Shown here: piece by piece, positions 32,592 through 44,017 of the stretch
How the letters are laid out: every line of letters starts with the position of its first letter
Position numbering within the stretch: position 1 is the first letter of the stretch
Notes under the pieces: generated by a model
Database searches by the model: none
Seen by the model: only the letters and a program-made list of their open reading frames with translations
Told to the model about the DNA's origin: nothing
NCBI GenBank assembly: GCA_963749495.1
Contig: CAVVMW010000004.1
Location: 480,001-544,000 of the forward strand
Length of the DNA stretch: 64,000 nucleotides
Source: an uncultured bacterium
GTDB lineage: Bacteria; Verrucomicrobiota; Verrucomicrobiia; Limisphaerales; UBA8199
Direction of reading: 5' to 3'
Program-made: the position numbers and the translations under genes

Positions 32592-34082
32592 ATGAAAGCG
32601 CAAACAATGAAGCCCAGAACCAGACTGCTGCGAAGCACGACCCGCATGAGGGTCGGGACCGTGACGTTGGGACTGCTCGGCGCCTGGCTGTTGGCCCCGG
32701 GCCAAGCGAACGGTCAGGCCGATGCGTCCGACCTGCATCCGCCGGCCAGCATCGAAGCGGGTGGATTGAGGATCCCCAAGCCCAGGCCGCTGCAAATTGA
32801 CGGAGCGGGTGAAGGGATTGTGAAGGCGACCTTGACGGGGCCGGAGTTCCGAGCGCCACAGCTCTTCCAGGGATTCGAAGACTACTATCATCCCCGGCTC
32901 AACCGGCTCCGCGAAGACTATTCTTTGGACGAAGTGGTCGAGGGGGAACCCAGTGAGTTCCGCCGGATCTTGAAATTGAGGCACTGGGTTCACACCCGCT
33001 GGCCAATTGACAACAACCAGAACTTCTCCGGCGACGCCTTCGCTATCCTCGAGAAGGCCAAGACGGGCGCCGGTTTCCACTGCGCCCACTCGATGATCGT
33101 ACAGGAGGCGGTGCTCTCGGCGATGGGCTACGTCGCCCGCTACGTCCTGGTGGACCGCAACCATGAGGACCTCGGGCGCAGCGCCCATCACGGGGTCAAC
33201 GAAGTGTGGTCCAATGACTACGCCAAGTGGGTCCTGCTCGACGCCAAGTACGACATCCACTTCGAGCGGGACGGCACGCCGCTCTCCGCCCTGGAATTGC
33301 ACGAAGCGGTCCGGGCCGACGGCGGGCGCGGCATCGTGATGGTTCGGGGCGTGGAGCGAAGCGAAGTCCCGCTGGGTGAATCGCAGGCTCATGAGGCCTC
33401 GGTCCGCATCTACTGGTGGGTGTGCTACCCGCAGCGCCAGAACCCCTTCACCCAGCCGGATTTTGCCGCGCGTGAGCGGTTGGTGATCCTCGACAACGAA
33501 GCGTTTCGGAAGACCACCTGGCATCGGGATCACGGTGCGGGCCTGACGCCGCACTGGGCCTATGCCGCCGGGGCCTTCGTTCCCACCGCCGACCGCACGC
33601 AAATTGAATGGACTCCGGGCGTGGCCGATTTGCGCGCTCGGCGAGCAGGTGTCGGGGAACTCGAAGTGGAAATCCGCAGCGCCACGCCGAATCTGGAGGC
33701 CTATGTCGTGAGCCGGAACGGAGGCCAGCCCCAAACCGTCACCGGCGGCCGTTTCCAGTGGAAACTGCAGGCCGGCGAAAACACGCTCCAGGTGCGCAGC
33801 CGCAACCTCTTTGGCGTGCTCGGCCCGAGCCTCATGGCGGCGGTGGTGTACGAGCCTGCCGGCCACGCGCAAGGAGCCGGTCAAAAGGCCCAGGAAAGCA
33901 AAACGGCGCCAGCCCCGAGCACGAACACTAATCAACGTGACATGCGCGGGCGCCTTTTTCGCGAGCGCAACCCCGCGGCGTTCGGGCTGCTCACCGACCC
34001 GACGCCGCCCGTGCTGGCCAAGGCGCCCATCAACCTTACGAGCCAGGACGCTGGTATTGCTTCGAATACATGGCGAAAATGA
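32592..34082 (+). CDS. Exported transglutaminase-like domain protein
   Basis: GFHCAH (Cys), HHGVNEVWS (His), KWVLLDA (Asp). C-terminal ~80 aa look degenerate. Confidence 0.7.
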   Translation: MKAQTMKPRTRLLRSTTRMRVGTVTLGLLGAWLLAPGQANGQADASDLHPPASIEAGGLRIPKPRPLQIDGAGEGIVKATLTGPEFRAPQLFQGFEDYYHPRLNRLREDYSLDEVVEGEPSEFRRILKLRHWVHTRWPIDNNQNFSGDAFAILEKAKTGAGFHCAHSMIVQEAVLSAMGYVARYVLVDRNHEDLGRSAHHGVNEVWSNDYAKWVLLDAKYDIHFERDGTPLSALELHEAVRADGGRGIVMVRGVERSEVPLGESQAHEASVRIYWWVCYPQRQNPFTQPDFAARERLVILDNEAFRKTTWHRDHGAGLTPHWAYAAGAFVPTADRTQIEWTPGVADLRARRAGVGELEVEIRSATPNLEAYVVSRNGGQPQTVTGGRFQWKLQAGENTLQVRSRNLFGVLGPSLMAAVVYEPAGHAQGAGQKAQESKTAPAPSTNTNQRDMRGRLFRERNPAAFGLLTDPTPPVLAKAPINLTSQDAGIASNTWRK

Positions 34083-34333
34083 ACAGCGCCCCGGATAAGC
34101 ACGACGGCGAGGTGCGCTTGTGGGTGGACGGCCAACTCGTAACCGAAATGACCGGCCTGGTGCTGCGCAACGCGGGCCACCGCGACATCCAGTGGGACCA
34201 CTGGATGCTCGGCCCACGCTATGGCCCGCGCTTTAAGGGCAAAGACTCGCCGCAGGGGCCGCCCCGGGAGCAACGGAGCTGGATCGACGGCCTCGTGGTG
34301 GCCACGCGATACATCGGGCCAGCCGTGAAGTAA
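34070..34333 (+). pseudogene. C-terminal fragment of a jelly-roll (polysaccharide-lyase-like) domain
   Basis: KMNS..DGEVRLWVDG...WIDGLVVATRYIGP; N-terminal part absent. Confidence 0.5.
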
Positions 34334-34351
34334 ATAGACCCAAACTAAAGG

Positions 34352-34738
34352 TTACTCATGCCCCACGACAGCGTGCGGCACGTAGGGTTCCTCAAGTTGC
34401 ATGATTTCCTCGGGCGCCAGCTTGAGCTTCAAGGCGGCGACGGCGTCGTCCAAATGGTGGGGCTTGGAAGCACCCACGATGGGCGCGGTGATCCAGGGTT
34501 TGTGGAGCATCCAGGCCAGGGCGATTTGGGCGGGGGGCGCTCCCCGCGCCGCGGCAACCGTTCGAACCCGTTCGACCACTTTCTCGTCGGCAGCCACGGT
34601 TGCGCCGTAGAGGCGCTGCGCGTATTCATCGGTTTGCGCCCGAACCGTCGCCGCCTGGCGGTTGCCGGCCAGCACGCCCCGCGCCAGCGGACTCCAAGGG
34701 ACCAGGCCGATGCCCTCGGCGCGGCAGAGCGGGATCAT
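34352..34738 (-). pseudogene. Aldo/keto reductase, C-terminal third only
   Basis: MIPLC..EGIGLVPWSPLARG, AQIALAW, APIVGASK, LEEPYVPH; catalytic N-terminal region missing. Confidence 0.85.
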
Positions 34739-34745
34739 TTCAAAG

Positions 34746-35290
34746 TCAGATGCTCTGCATCGCCGCCTTCATCCAACCGCAAGCGTAAGCCATGCCGGGC
34801 ATGCCACGGGGCGGCGCAGGTCATCTGCGGCGCGTGGTCCGGGATGAGCACACCGTCGAAACCGTTCCGCTTCAGAATCCTCAGGACCCGCGGCAGGTTG
34901 ATGTCGCCTTCATCGATGAACGTTTCCTGGTAGCGCGGGACCTTTCCGCGGACGTTGCGAAAGTGGACGTAAGCGATCTTGCCCTGCCGGCTGTAACTCT
35001 CGACGGCAGCGTAGAGGTCGTCTTCAGTCATCTCGGTCAGCGTGCCCAGGCAAAACTCGAGGGCATTGCGCGGGCTGGGCCGCCGGTCGAGCAACCGCTG
35101 GTAGAGCCGCGGCTGATAGACCAGGCGCGGTTGGCCGCGGAGGCTCGCCAGCGGCGGGTTGTCGGGATGGGCGGCCAGAGTGACCCCGGCCTCCTCGGCC
35201 ACGGGCACCAGCACATCCAGAAACTCGCCATGCCGCCGCCACAACTCCTCCGGCGCCACGGGCACGGTGGTCTGGTTCGGGCCCAGCTAC
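34746..35290 (-). pseudogene. uxuA: Mannonate dehydratase, C-terminal half
   Basis: PVAEEAGV.LAAHPDNPP, EFCLGT, YVHFRNV, ETFIDEGD, LIPDH; ends GMAYACGWMKAAMQSI* after a frameshift near 34797; N-terminal half absent. Confidence 0.8.
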
Positions 35291-35335
35291 GGTGCTGCCC
35301 GGCGCGTCGTGGGGCGGGCGCACAGAACCATGAAA

Positions 35336-35557
35336 GGGCCTCTCCGGAAACAGCAGAATCATTTTTGGCAAAATCATCGCAGAGATTCTCCCAGACGTGA
35401 TTTTGGCTTGTACCCGCCTCCGGATGATTTTGCCGCCCATGATTTTGCCTTCATCCCGCGAAGCGTTTTGGACTGCGGCAGTCCTCTGCCGCTTTTTGGA
35501 CCCCAGGGACACGAAAGCGCCAGAGGACTGGCGCAGTCCAAAACCTTCGGGCTTGGC
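35336..35557. repeat. Fused dispersed repeats
   Basis: 35336-35459 matches 18486-18609; 35457-35557 (CGCGAAGCGTTTTGGACTGCGGCAGTCCTCTG...CAGAGGACTGGCGCAGTCCAAAAC) matches 47134-47234. Confidence 0.9.
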
Positions 35558-35934
35558 CCCGGTCTTCCGGCTTTCGGTTCCAAGGCATGGTGATTTGCCG
35601 GGGCCGCGAGCCGTCCGAGCCACCCGGGCAGATGCCCTGGCCCTTGGTCAAACCACGGGAACATCCACCATTCGGGATAGTGTCAACACCAATGCGCCGG
35701 GGTTGTGAACCGGCCTGCTCCCGCATTACCGCCCGCCATTCCTGACGAGCATCACTCTGCGATTTGGCTGGCCTACTTCTTTTCAGCTCGCCCAAATCCT
35801 CGGCGAATCCGGGACTGCTGTCCAGAACGCTCTCACAAACGTTTTACACATTGCTTACGAAATCCTGATAACTCTTGTTTCAGACCAAATATGATGATAA
35901 GACGAAAAAGGGTCCATAGACTGCGAACCAAATC

Positions 35935-38900
35935 ATGAGGCACCTTATCACACTGTGGATGTTGGCCTGTGTCGGAGCCCTGGCTGCATCCGCGCCGGAC
36001 AACTACTCCGCCTTCAATGAAGCCCGCAAGCTGCAGCAGGAGGGCCGTGACAACGAGGCCTTTCTCAAGTTCCTGGCCATCCCTGGGGGCGAGTCTGCGG
36101 CCGCAGCGCTGGCTCGAGGCGCTGGCAAGGATTACCTGGCGCTGCTTCGCGGCAGTCCTGGCGCGCTCGAATCGCCGCGCGCCATGCTGGTCGAAGCGGA
36201 CTTGTTGCTGGCCACTGGCCGGAAGGACGAGGCCATGAAGCGCTACCGCGCCCTGGCCGCCTTGGCCCCAAAGAACAACTGGGGCGCCGGCCAGGCCGCC
36301 TATTATCCCGTCGAGCCACCGCAGAGCTACGGCGATGACCCCAATTTCCAACACTTCGCGCGCGGCCAGTTGAGCCAGCCCTTCAGTTACGGCCCGGGGA
36401 GCCACCGCGACAACTGGCTGCTGCGCCTGCTTCTGGCCCTCGATCTCACGGACGAGGCGGCCAAGGAATTCGCCCGCATCTGGGAAGTCCACCGTGCCAA
36501 CACCCAGCCCTACGTCACGGTCACGCCTGCCTACGATGCCAAGGGCCAGGTCACCGGCGAGGAAAAGCACCTGGTTCATCCGTCGGGCTTCGACAGTTAC
36601 GGCCTCCAGTTCGCGCTGGATTACGCCTTCTTTCTGAAGCGTAGCGGCCAAACCAACCAGGCACTTGCCCTCCTGCTGGAGCCGCTTCGGGTCATGGACA
36701 TAGACCGGAACCCGAACATCGCGCATCGCGAGCCTTTGCCTGCTTCGATGAGCGCACTGCCGGTGAAAAGCACGCCTGCGGTTTCTCGTGGGTTTGGTTT
36801 CGGCCCCGGCACGGCGGGGGTGTCGCGCAAGGAGTATCTCCGGCTCGTTTATGGCGAGTTCAAAGGCTTTGGCCAGGAGGGCGCCCTGATTGGGGAATTG
36901 CAGAAGCAACTGGACGCCGGGGATAATCGCGCCCGCCGCCTGCTGGCCCAGGTTCGCCTTCACCAGGGCCAGACCGGGGCCGCCCTTCAGATGGAGCTGG
37001 ACTACATCGCTCGCGGAGACTTCGACGCCTTGACGAGCGCCTATCGTCGGGGACTGATGTATGAAGAGTATAAGCAGGCCGCCGAAGCGGTGGTGGAGTT
37101 CGAAAAAGTGCTGGCCTTGAAGCCTGCGCCGATGCGCCTGCCGGACGCCGATGAGCAAATCTCGGAGGCGCCCCATTTGCAGGCGCAGGCCGCCTTTGTT
37201 CCATCGCGGATGCAGGGCCTCGAGGCCATGCCGACGGACACGCTGCAGGTCCAGGACCGGTTGGTGCGGCTCTATTCGGCGCTGGGCCGCACGGACAAGG
37301 CAACGGAAATCCAGTTGGCCCAGTTCGAAAGCGATGAGCAGCGCCTTCAAAGCCTGGAGGCGATCGAGCAGATGGCCCAGCGTTTCAAAGGCGCCGACCA
37401 GGAAGCGCGGTTCAACGATTGGGCGAAAGGGAAAATCGCCTCCGCCAAAACGCCGTTGGCGCGCGCAAATCTGGCCTGGGAGCAACGGGATTACGCCGCG
37501 GCCCTGACAAATGCGGCTGCGGCCAGTTCCGGCGAGTACTATGGCTGGGAGGCCTGGAGGGAGAGATTCGCCCGGCTGGGCCGGGACCAGGAACGCGCAT
37601 TCGTGCAGGCCATCGTCGAAGCGAACCCCCGCGATGCCGTGGCGCGCCTCACCCTTCTGGACCTGCAAGACCGCCTCGAAGGCGCCGAAGCCATCGCGGC
37701 CCTCGAAGCGCTGCTGGCCACCGACGCCCGCGAGGCATTCCCCCGCGGCAAAGGCGCCTGGAACCGCACCCATTTCCAGAACTACCTGGATCTCGCCTAT
37801 CGCTTGATGCGGCTTTACGAAAAAAATGGCCAGTTGGAAAAACTGCGCGCCCTGGGCTTGCGCCTCGCCAAAGGCGAGAGGCCTTTCGATCAGTCCGACC
37901 AGGACCATTACTGGCGGTCCGGCGAGAACGGCCTCGAAGAACTCGGCAACGCTTGCCTGGCGCTCGCGGTTCTGCACGCCGAGGACAAGTCTTATCAGGA
38001 AGAGTTGCTCGCCGCGCTCAAGGCCTCAAGGTGGGTCGGCGCCCGCGCACAGATCGAGCGCAGAGCCGGAGCGCGGACTCCCAACCCACCTGGCGGCGGA
38101 CCTGGAACAAATGCGACAGGCGTGGGTCCATCGCCGGCTTGGGCCAACGTCCCGGAAACCGTCCAGATCTTCACCTCCTTCCGCGAGCCCGTCGCTTGTC
38201 TGGCCCGTGACGACCAATTCGTTTATGCCGGCATGTCGTGGGGCCTGGCGGTCTATGATTTCAAAGGCGGGCCTGTGGCGCGGCTGGCCTTGGGCTCCCC
38301 GGTCCAAGCCATGGTCGTAACCCAGCAACAGGTCTGGCTCGGCACCCCCGCCGGCCTGTTCCGAGTCGAGACCGGCGAGGCGTCCCGGACGAAGGGGACG
38401 CCAGTTCCGCCATGGTCCGTCGCACGTCACCCCGTCGGCAACGTTACGGCCCTGGCGTTGGACGGCGAGAGCCTTTGGATCGGCTTTCCCGGCGAGATCA
38501 AGACGCTGGACCGGCGCAGGCTGGAACTACGTTCCCTTTCCCTTGGGGGCCTGAATCTGAGCGTGCCGCAGGTGGGCGTCTTCATCCAGATCCTCCCGGA
38601 CGGCGAATATGTCTGGACCGACGGCGGCTGCGGCTTGCTTCGCTACGGCCGGGCGGCTGGCACCTGGAGCGCGCCGCCGAATCCAGGCCTGCCCCAATAC
38701 CCGCCGCGCCTGATCGGTTTCATCGAGGGGCAACCCTGGGTGGACGTGTATCTGGACAACGAATTGCGACACCGCCCGGCGCGGGTGGATCGGAAGACAC
38801 TCAAATTGACCCCGTTCATGCTGGGCGGCAACCTCTCCCGCGATGATCGCCTCATCAACGAGCGCTTCGCCTATCTGGGCACGGACAACGGGCGCCCGGT

Positions 38901-41296
38901 CTTTCGGGCCGCCGGGCGGTGGTTTGCGGCGGATGAAGCGTCCGCCCAAATGCGATACCTGCCCGAGGACTATATGTTCGGGAAAAAGCGCATCACGGAT
39001 CCGCTCCCTGACGGCTTGCCGCTGCCGGGCTGGGACATGGCCCGAGCCGCAACGGCTTGGCCCGACGGCCTGCGCGCGGGCTACCGCGCGTCGGCATGGG
39101 TTGATGGATGGCCGGTCAGCGCGGTCTGGGCGGTCGTGTTTGACGACGCGCGCCAGCAGGAATGGCTCTGCACCGAAGCCGGGCTGGCAGTGCTCAAACA
39201 AGGCCGGCGTGGCCTCGAACATTTCGGTTTCACCGAAGGCGTTAACTACGGTCCGATGCTCGACGGGCTCGAGCTTGGCGGCAAAGTCTATTTCGCAACG
39301 GGTTGGGAGGATTCGTGCGGCGGCCTGACGGTCTATGATCCGCAAACATCTGTGTTCAGCACCTACTTCCGTTCCGACGGCATGGACTCAGACAAAGTGG
39401 TTGGGCTTGCGGCCAAGGATGGCCAACTGGAAGTGCGGTTCGGCCTCGAGTACCTCCGGTTCGCCCCTGGTGGATTCGGCGACCCTCGTTACCGATCCTG
39501 CCCGCCCTGCCGCTTCGACCCCGCCACCGGCCGCTTCACCTCCACCGGCCAGCCGGCGTTCCTGAACGTCGCCGGAGGCCGCTGCCCGGGAGCGTAGTGA
39601 GAGAGAGGACCTGGGCCCCATGCCCTTCCTCGGCGGCAGGGTGACAAGACGCTATGAGCACGACGGCAGGACATGGCTCTGTGGCGAACTCGGTTTGGTA
39701 GTTTTGCCCAAGCGGGAATCTGCCGGCCCGGTCTTTGCCTCGCTGGCCGTCAAGACCATCTCGAGCCTCGACCAGTCGCTTCGCGAGGAGGCGGCGCGTA
39801 TCACTATCCCGAATCCGGTTCCGCTCGAGACGCTGCGGACCCTGGTGGCCAGCAGAAACCGCTACGTGCGGGCCAATGCCCTGGCCGCGGCGATGAATCC
39901 GGTTGCAAGCGGCCAGGATGGATACGCCTCGGTCATCGCCACCTGCGTCGAGGATCCGTACCTCAATGCTCGCGCCACGGCAGTCTGGCTGCTCACCCAG
40001 ATGCCCGGCGGCGGAGATGCCAGTCTGGCCCCTTTGCGCAAGGCCCTCGACGATGCTGACCACTACATTCGGACCGTGGCAGCAATTGCGCTCGCAAAAC
40101 GAGGCCAGCGGCCGCCCTTGGCGTCCTTTGAGGAGGTGCTGACAGGCCGGAACCGGTTCGGCAACTACCCGTGTGGGGCCGATTCCACCATAGGCATGCA
40201 GGCCGACAAACTCCACGCTTACCAAGCCCTTGCTCCGGGCGCGGACCGCGAGACCTTCGCGTTTCTATTAAGGCATCCCCTCGAGCCATCCACCTCCCAT
40301 CCCTACAGGCAGGTGCTCGCCTCACTCGGCGCGGCCTTGCGGAAACATCTGGACGCGGCTGAACTACTTCTCCACGCTTACGATGCGCAGAACGCCTGGG
40401 ACGGCCAGGTGCAGTTTGCCCAAGCCGTGTTCAAATCCGCCGGCAAGGCCCTGTTGCCCGTCCTTCACCGGGCACTGGCCAGCAAAGACCGGGTGGTCCG
40501 CTCGAACGCCGCGCGCGCTTGCGGCGTTGTCGCCGACCCCTCCTCGATCACGCCGCTGCTGAACGCACTGGACATGGAAAGCGGCTTGGCCCGCGCCTCC
40601 ATCGTCTGGGCCCTCGGTGAACTCAAGGCCGGGGCTGCCATCCCCAAACTCACCGAACTCTACACCGACGCCCGCAACGCCGAACACAATCGCCGCGCCG
40701 GAGCCGGCTTTCTTGCCCAGCAAGCAATGGCAGCCGACCGTGCCGAATACACGGCTTTGCGCAACCTCGATGCCATCGCCTCCGATTGGGACCAATTGAA
40801 GGTGGTCGTGATCGCCCGCCCCACCAGCCCGCGCCGGGACGAAGAGTTGCTTTCCGCCGGTCTCGTCCTCGAGGCCGTGCGCAAGATCGGTCCCCCCGCC
40901 CGGGAATTCTATCGCGCCCTGGCCGGCGCGAAGGAGGCCTCGGACCGCGCTGAAGCCGCGGTGCATCTTGCCGAAGCCACCGGAGCCGACCAGGACAAGA
41001 ACCGGGCCATCTTGCACAATTTGCGCGGCGACACAGACTCCGGCGTGCAGGTTCGGGCTTTGGTCAGCCTCCTGATTTTGGGCGAGCATGAGGTGGAGGC
41101 GAGCCTGCGAGACCGATTGACCTCTGGGAGCGAATCTGAGCAGGGCGAAGTCCTGCACCAACTCGAGCGTCTCTCAGGCCAGCAACTCCAATTCGCGCGC
41201 AAGGAGATCGAGGCCATTGCCGGCAACGACCGCCTGCCGGAATTGCTGCGTGGCCGGGCGACTCCGCTTGTCTCCAAGCTACAGACGGGCAACTGA
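35935..41296 (+). CDS. Large exported protein (~1790 aa): TPR-like helices, propeller-like middle, HEAT repeats; frameshift near 39574
   Basis: Removing one G in GCCGGAG reads LNVA-EAAARERSEREDLGPMPFLGG, joining the 1220-aa and 558-aa ORFs. HEAT motifs VVRSNAARACG, ARASIVWALGEL. Confidence 0.75.
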
Positions 41297-41765
41297 GCCG
41301 GACAGAGTCCTGCTGCTGACCGCACACCTTCCCCTGCAGGTCCAGGACCGCAAAGGGGCCTCAAACAGGCCTGGCGGCGCATCCAAGGCGCCACGGCAAC
41401 CGAAGCAGCGCCGAGCGGAGATCCCTGCGGCTTAACCGTCAGTTCCCGCCGTTTGGCCCCTCGGACACCGCGCAAACCATGCCACCAGCGCATAGATCAC
41501 CGCCCCAGTCTCAGGTACTCGTGTTGAGAATGGCGGTTCACGGCTTCACCACAGCGTTCACCCTGAAAACGGCAGTCGGAGAAGCTGGCCAGACTCCATG
41601 CATGGGCCTGATTCTGTTGGGGTGTCCCACCTCAAACAGCTCCCATCAGGGCTCACCCTCGGGGTGAGCGCGCGGGTGCGCCAGGGCCGAAGGCCCGCAA
41701 TGTGAGAGCCTGGGCTGGAGCGCGTCCGACGAGCGGAGGCCCAGGTCAACCGCCGTTGCGAACCT

Positions 41766-43932
41766 GCCGAGTGGAGGCGGGCTGTTGCCAGCCCGCCCCC
41801 CTCTAAGAACCGTACCTGAAAGTTTCCCTTCATTCCGGCTCAAGCCTCTCCGACCGGTGCGCTCAGGTGTGGGCACGCGGCGGCAATCGCACAACGAAAC
41901 GAATGACCTCGGGCGAATCGCGGGCAGGTTCTGCCCTCAGCGAACGCGCCAAGCAAAGCATCGGCGCTGCTCGAAGTACTTGGTGTATTGTGGGTCATAG
42001 GGGTGGGCCTGCCCTTTGACCTTAATATGGCGTTCAATCCGGGTGCTGGCCAGGCGGTAGAGCCTGAGTACGCAACTCTTGCCCCGCCGCCGGGTTTTGA
42101 CGCTAAAACCCCCGTCCTCCCCCGCCGCGGAGAAGTATTTACGCTTCTTCCAGGCTTGAGATTTATTGGGGTGGCGTCGGGTGGCCCAGCGCCTCAGTTT
42201 GTGGTAAACGTAGTCGTCCACGGCGGTGAAAGTGCGCTTGGCTGCTCCGTTGCGATAGTAGTTGGCCCAGCCCCGCAGCAGCGGGTTGAGTTGACGCAGG
42301 AGCGCCTCTTGAGTGAGGCCCAAGGCGGATTGAACCTTCCGGCAGATTTTCTCGCGCAAGATTTTGACCTTGCTCTTTGCGGGAGTCGTCAGCAGTTTGT
42401 CCCCATATTTGCGCACGGTGTGCCCCAGGAAGTCGAAGCCCGTTTGGATGTGGGTGATGACGGTCTTTTGCTCTGAGAGTTCCAGACCTCGCTCGTGGAG
42501 GAAGGCCGTCAGGGCTGGTTTGACTTTCTGTTCGAGTAATTCCCGATTTGCGCCCGTCACGATAAAGTCATCGGCATAGCGCACGAAGTTGACTTTATCT
42601 CCTCGGCGGGCGACCGCTTTAACGGCCTGCTCCATGCCGTCCAACGCGAGGTTGGCCAGCAGTGGGGAAATCAGACCGCCTTGCGGCGTGCCCTTGGGGG
42701 TGGGAAACAGTTGGCCCTTCTCCCAGTAGCCGGCTTTGAGCCACGCACGCAGCAGTTGCTTGTCCAGGGGGACATGGTGCAAGAGCCACGAGTGGTCAAT
42801 TTCATCGAAACAAGCCCGGATGTCTCCCTCCAGCGCCCAGGGGGCGCTGCGTTTCTGGGAGAGCACGGTAACGCATTGCTCCAGGGCATCGGCACACCGG
42901 CGGCCCTCGCGGAAGCCATAGGAGTTTCTGTCGGCCAGAACCTCAGCAATGGGTGCGAGCGAAAGCGCGTAAAGCGCCTGCTGGGCGCGGTCGTGCAGGG
43001 TGGGGATGCTTAAGGGACGTAGTTTTCCGTTGGACTTGGGGATGTAGTGTCGGCGCAGGGGTTGGGGTCTGTATCCGTGACGTTTGAGGTTGAAGGCGGC
43101 GTGGAGTTTCTGTTTTCCGGTTCGCCAGATTACGTTATCAACACCGGGCGTTTTGGCGCCCCGGTTCGTGGTGACTCGATGCACGGCCAAAAGCTTGGCC
43201 GAGCGCGAGTGAGTCAGGAGCCATTGCAGGGCTTGCGCTCTGCGGTGGCATCCTGCTTGAGTTGCCTTGGCAATACGCATTTGCAGCCGCCGAACCTCTT
43301 GCCGGACCCGGGGCCAATCAATGGCTTTCCAGGACAGCGGCGGTGGGGTCAAAGACGCATCAGTTGAACGCTCAACCGTCATTTGCTTTCTCTGTCTCTC
43401 GGTGGTTCTACAAGTTCTCTTGCCAGGATTGACCAGACCGACGTGGGCATATCCAGCGCATTACCGCTGGCCTTGGCTTTTTCGGTCCTCCCAATGCTGC
43501 GCCCCCTGACCCGCCTTGCGGTGAGGTCTGCCCGGTCGCGTCACCGGGCAGGGTTGGCAGCGTTTCCGTGTTCTGCAACGTTCACAGGATGATTTAGGTC
43601 CGCCCTATACACCGGCAACGCGAGGTTCGCGTCGGGGGACTGAGAGCCCCCGAACCGGGTTGCTTGCCTTTTGGCCCAAGCCTTAACCAGCCTCTTTTGG
43701 CTTGACTGCAGTTACGATGCTTACGGGCGTTCATTTGGTTTTGACCATGTCGTCCGATTCTAGTGCTCCCCCGGATTGAGGCTCCCAGGTTTGCTCCATT
43801 GTCCGGAAGGCTTCAGACCCCAAGACGCCGCGCGTCTGGCGCCTGCTTCCGTAGAATACCTGTGGCGAAACACAGGGCTTAATCATGAACTGTTCATGTT
43901 TTTGCAGTGAACGTTGCAACTTCATGTCGCGG
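41766..43932 (-). mobile_element. Group II intron (2167 nt)
   Basis: Domain V GAGCCGGAATGAAGGGAAACTTTCAGGTACGGTTC and domain VI hairpin ending ACTCGGC; 5' end CCGCGACATGAAG; EBS1/IBS1 and EBS2/IBS2 pairings found; RT ORF inside. Confidence 0.9.
41937..43382 (-). CDS. ltrA: Group II intron reverse transcriptase/maturase, no C-terminal HNH domain
   Basis: WKAIDW..LQMRIAKA (RVT_N), KTPGVD, GTPQGGLISPLLAN, RYADDF, NPLLRGWANYY; ends without CxxC/HNH motifs. Confidence 0.95.
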   Translation of the reverse strand: MTVERSTDASLTPPPLSWKAIDWPRVRQEVRRLQMRIAKATQAGCHRRAQALQWLLTHSRSAKLLAVHRVTTNRGAKTPGVDNVIWRTGKQKLHAAFNLKRHGYRPQPLRRHYIPKSNGKLRPLSIPTLHDRAQQALYALSLAPIAEVLADRNSYGFREGRRCADALEQCVTVLSQKRSAPWALEGDIRACFDEIDHSWLLHHVPLDKQLLRAWLKAGYWEKGQLFPTPKGTPQGGLISPLLANLALDGMEQAVKAVARRGDKVNFVRYADDFIVTGANRELLEQKVKPALTAFLHERGLELSEQKTVITHIQTGFDFLGHTVRKYGDKLLTTPAKSKVKILREKICRKVQSALGLTQEALLRQLNPLLRGWANYYRNGAAKRTFTAVDDYVYHKLRRWATRRHPNKSQAWKKRKYFSAAGEDGGFSVKTRRRGKSCVLRLYRLASTRIERHIKVKGQAHPYDPQYTKYFEQRRCFAWRVR

Positions 43933-43960
43933 CCCCAGCCCTGCAAGGGCGTCACACCTT

Positions 43961-44017
43961 ATGTCCCAATCTCCGGCCAACATCGTTGTTCACCTCGTCT
44001 TAGGCACCAAAAGCGAT
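43961..44017 (+). pseudogene. N-terminal stub of an IS200/IS605-type (Y1/RAYT-like) transposase
   Basis: MSQSPANIVVHLVLGTKSD matches the family start MxQSL..+.+H+VFSTK.R. Confidence 0.6.

Noticed and set aside
41937..43382. RT as retron, DGR or defence RT
   Set aside because: Maturase domain, domain V/VI RNA and EBS/IBS pairing identify a group II intron; no template/variable repeat pair seen.
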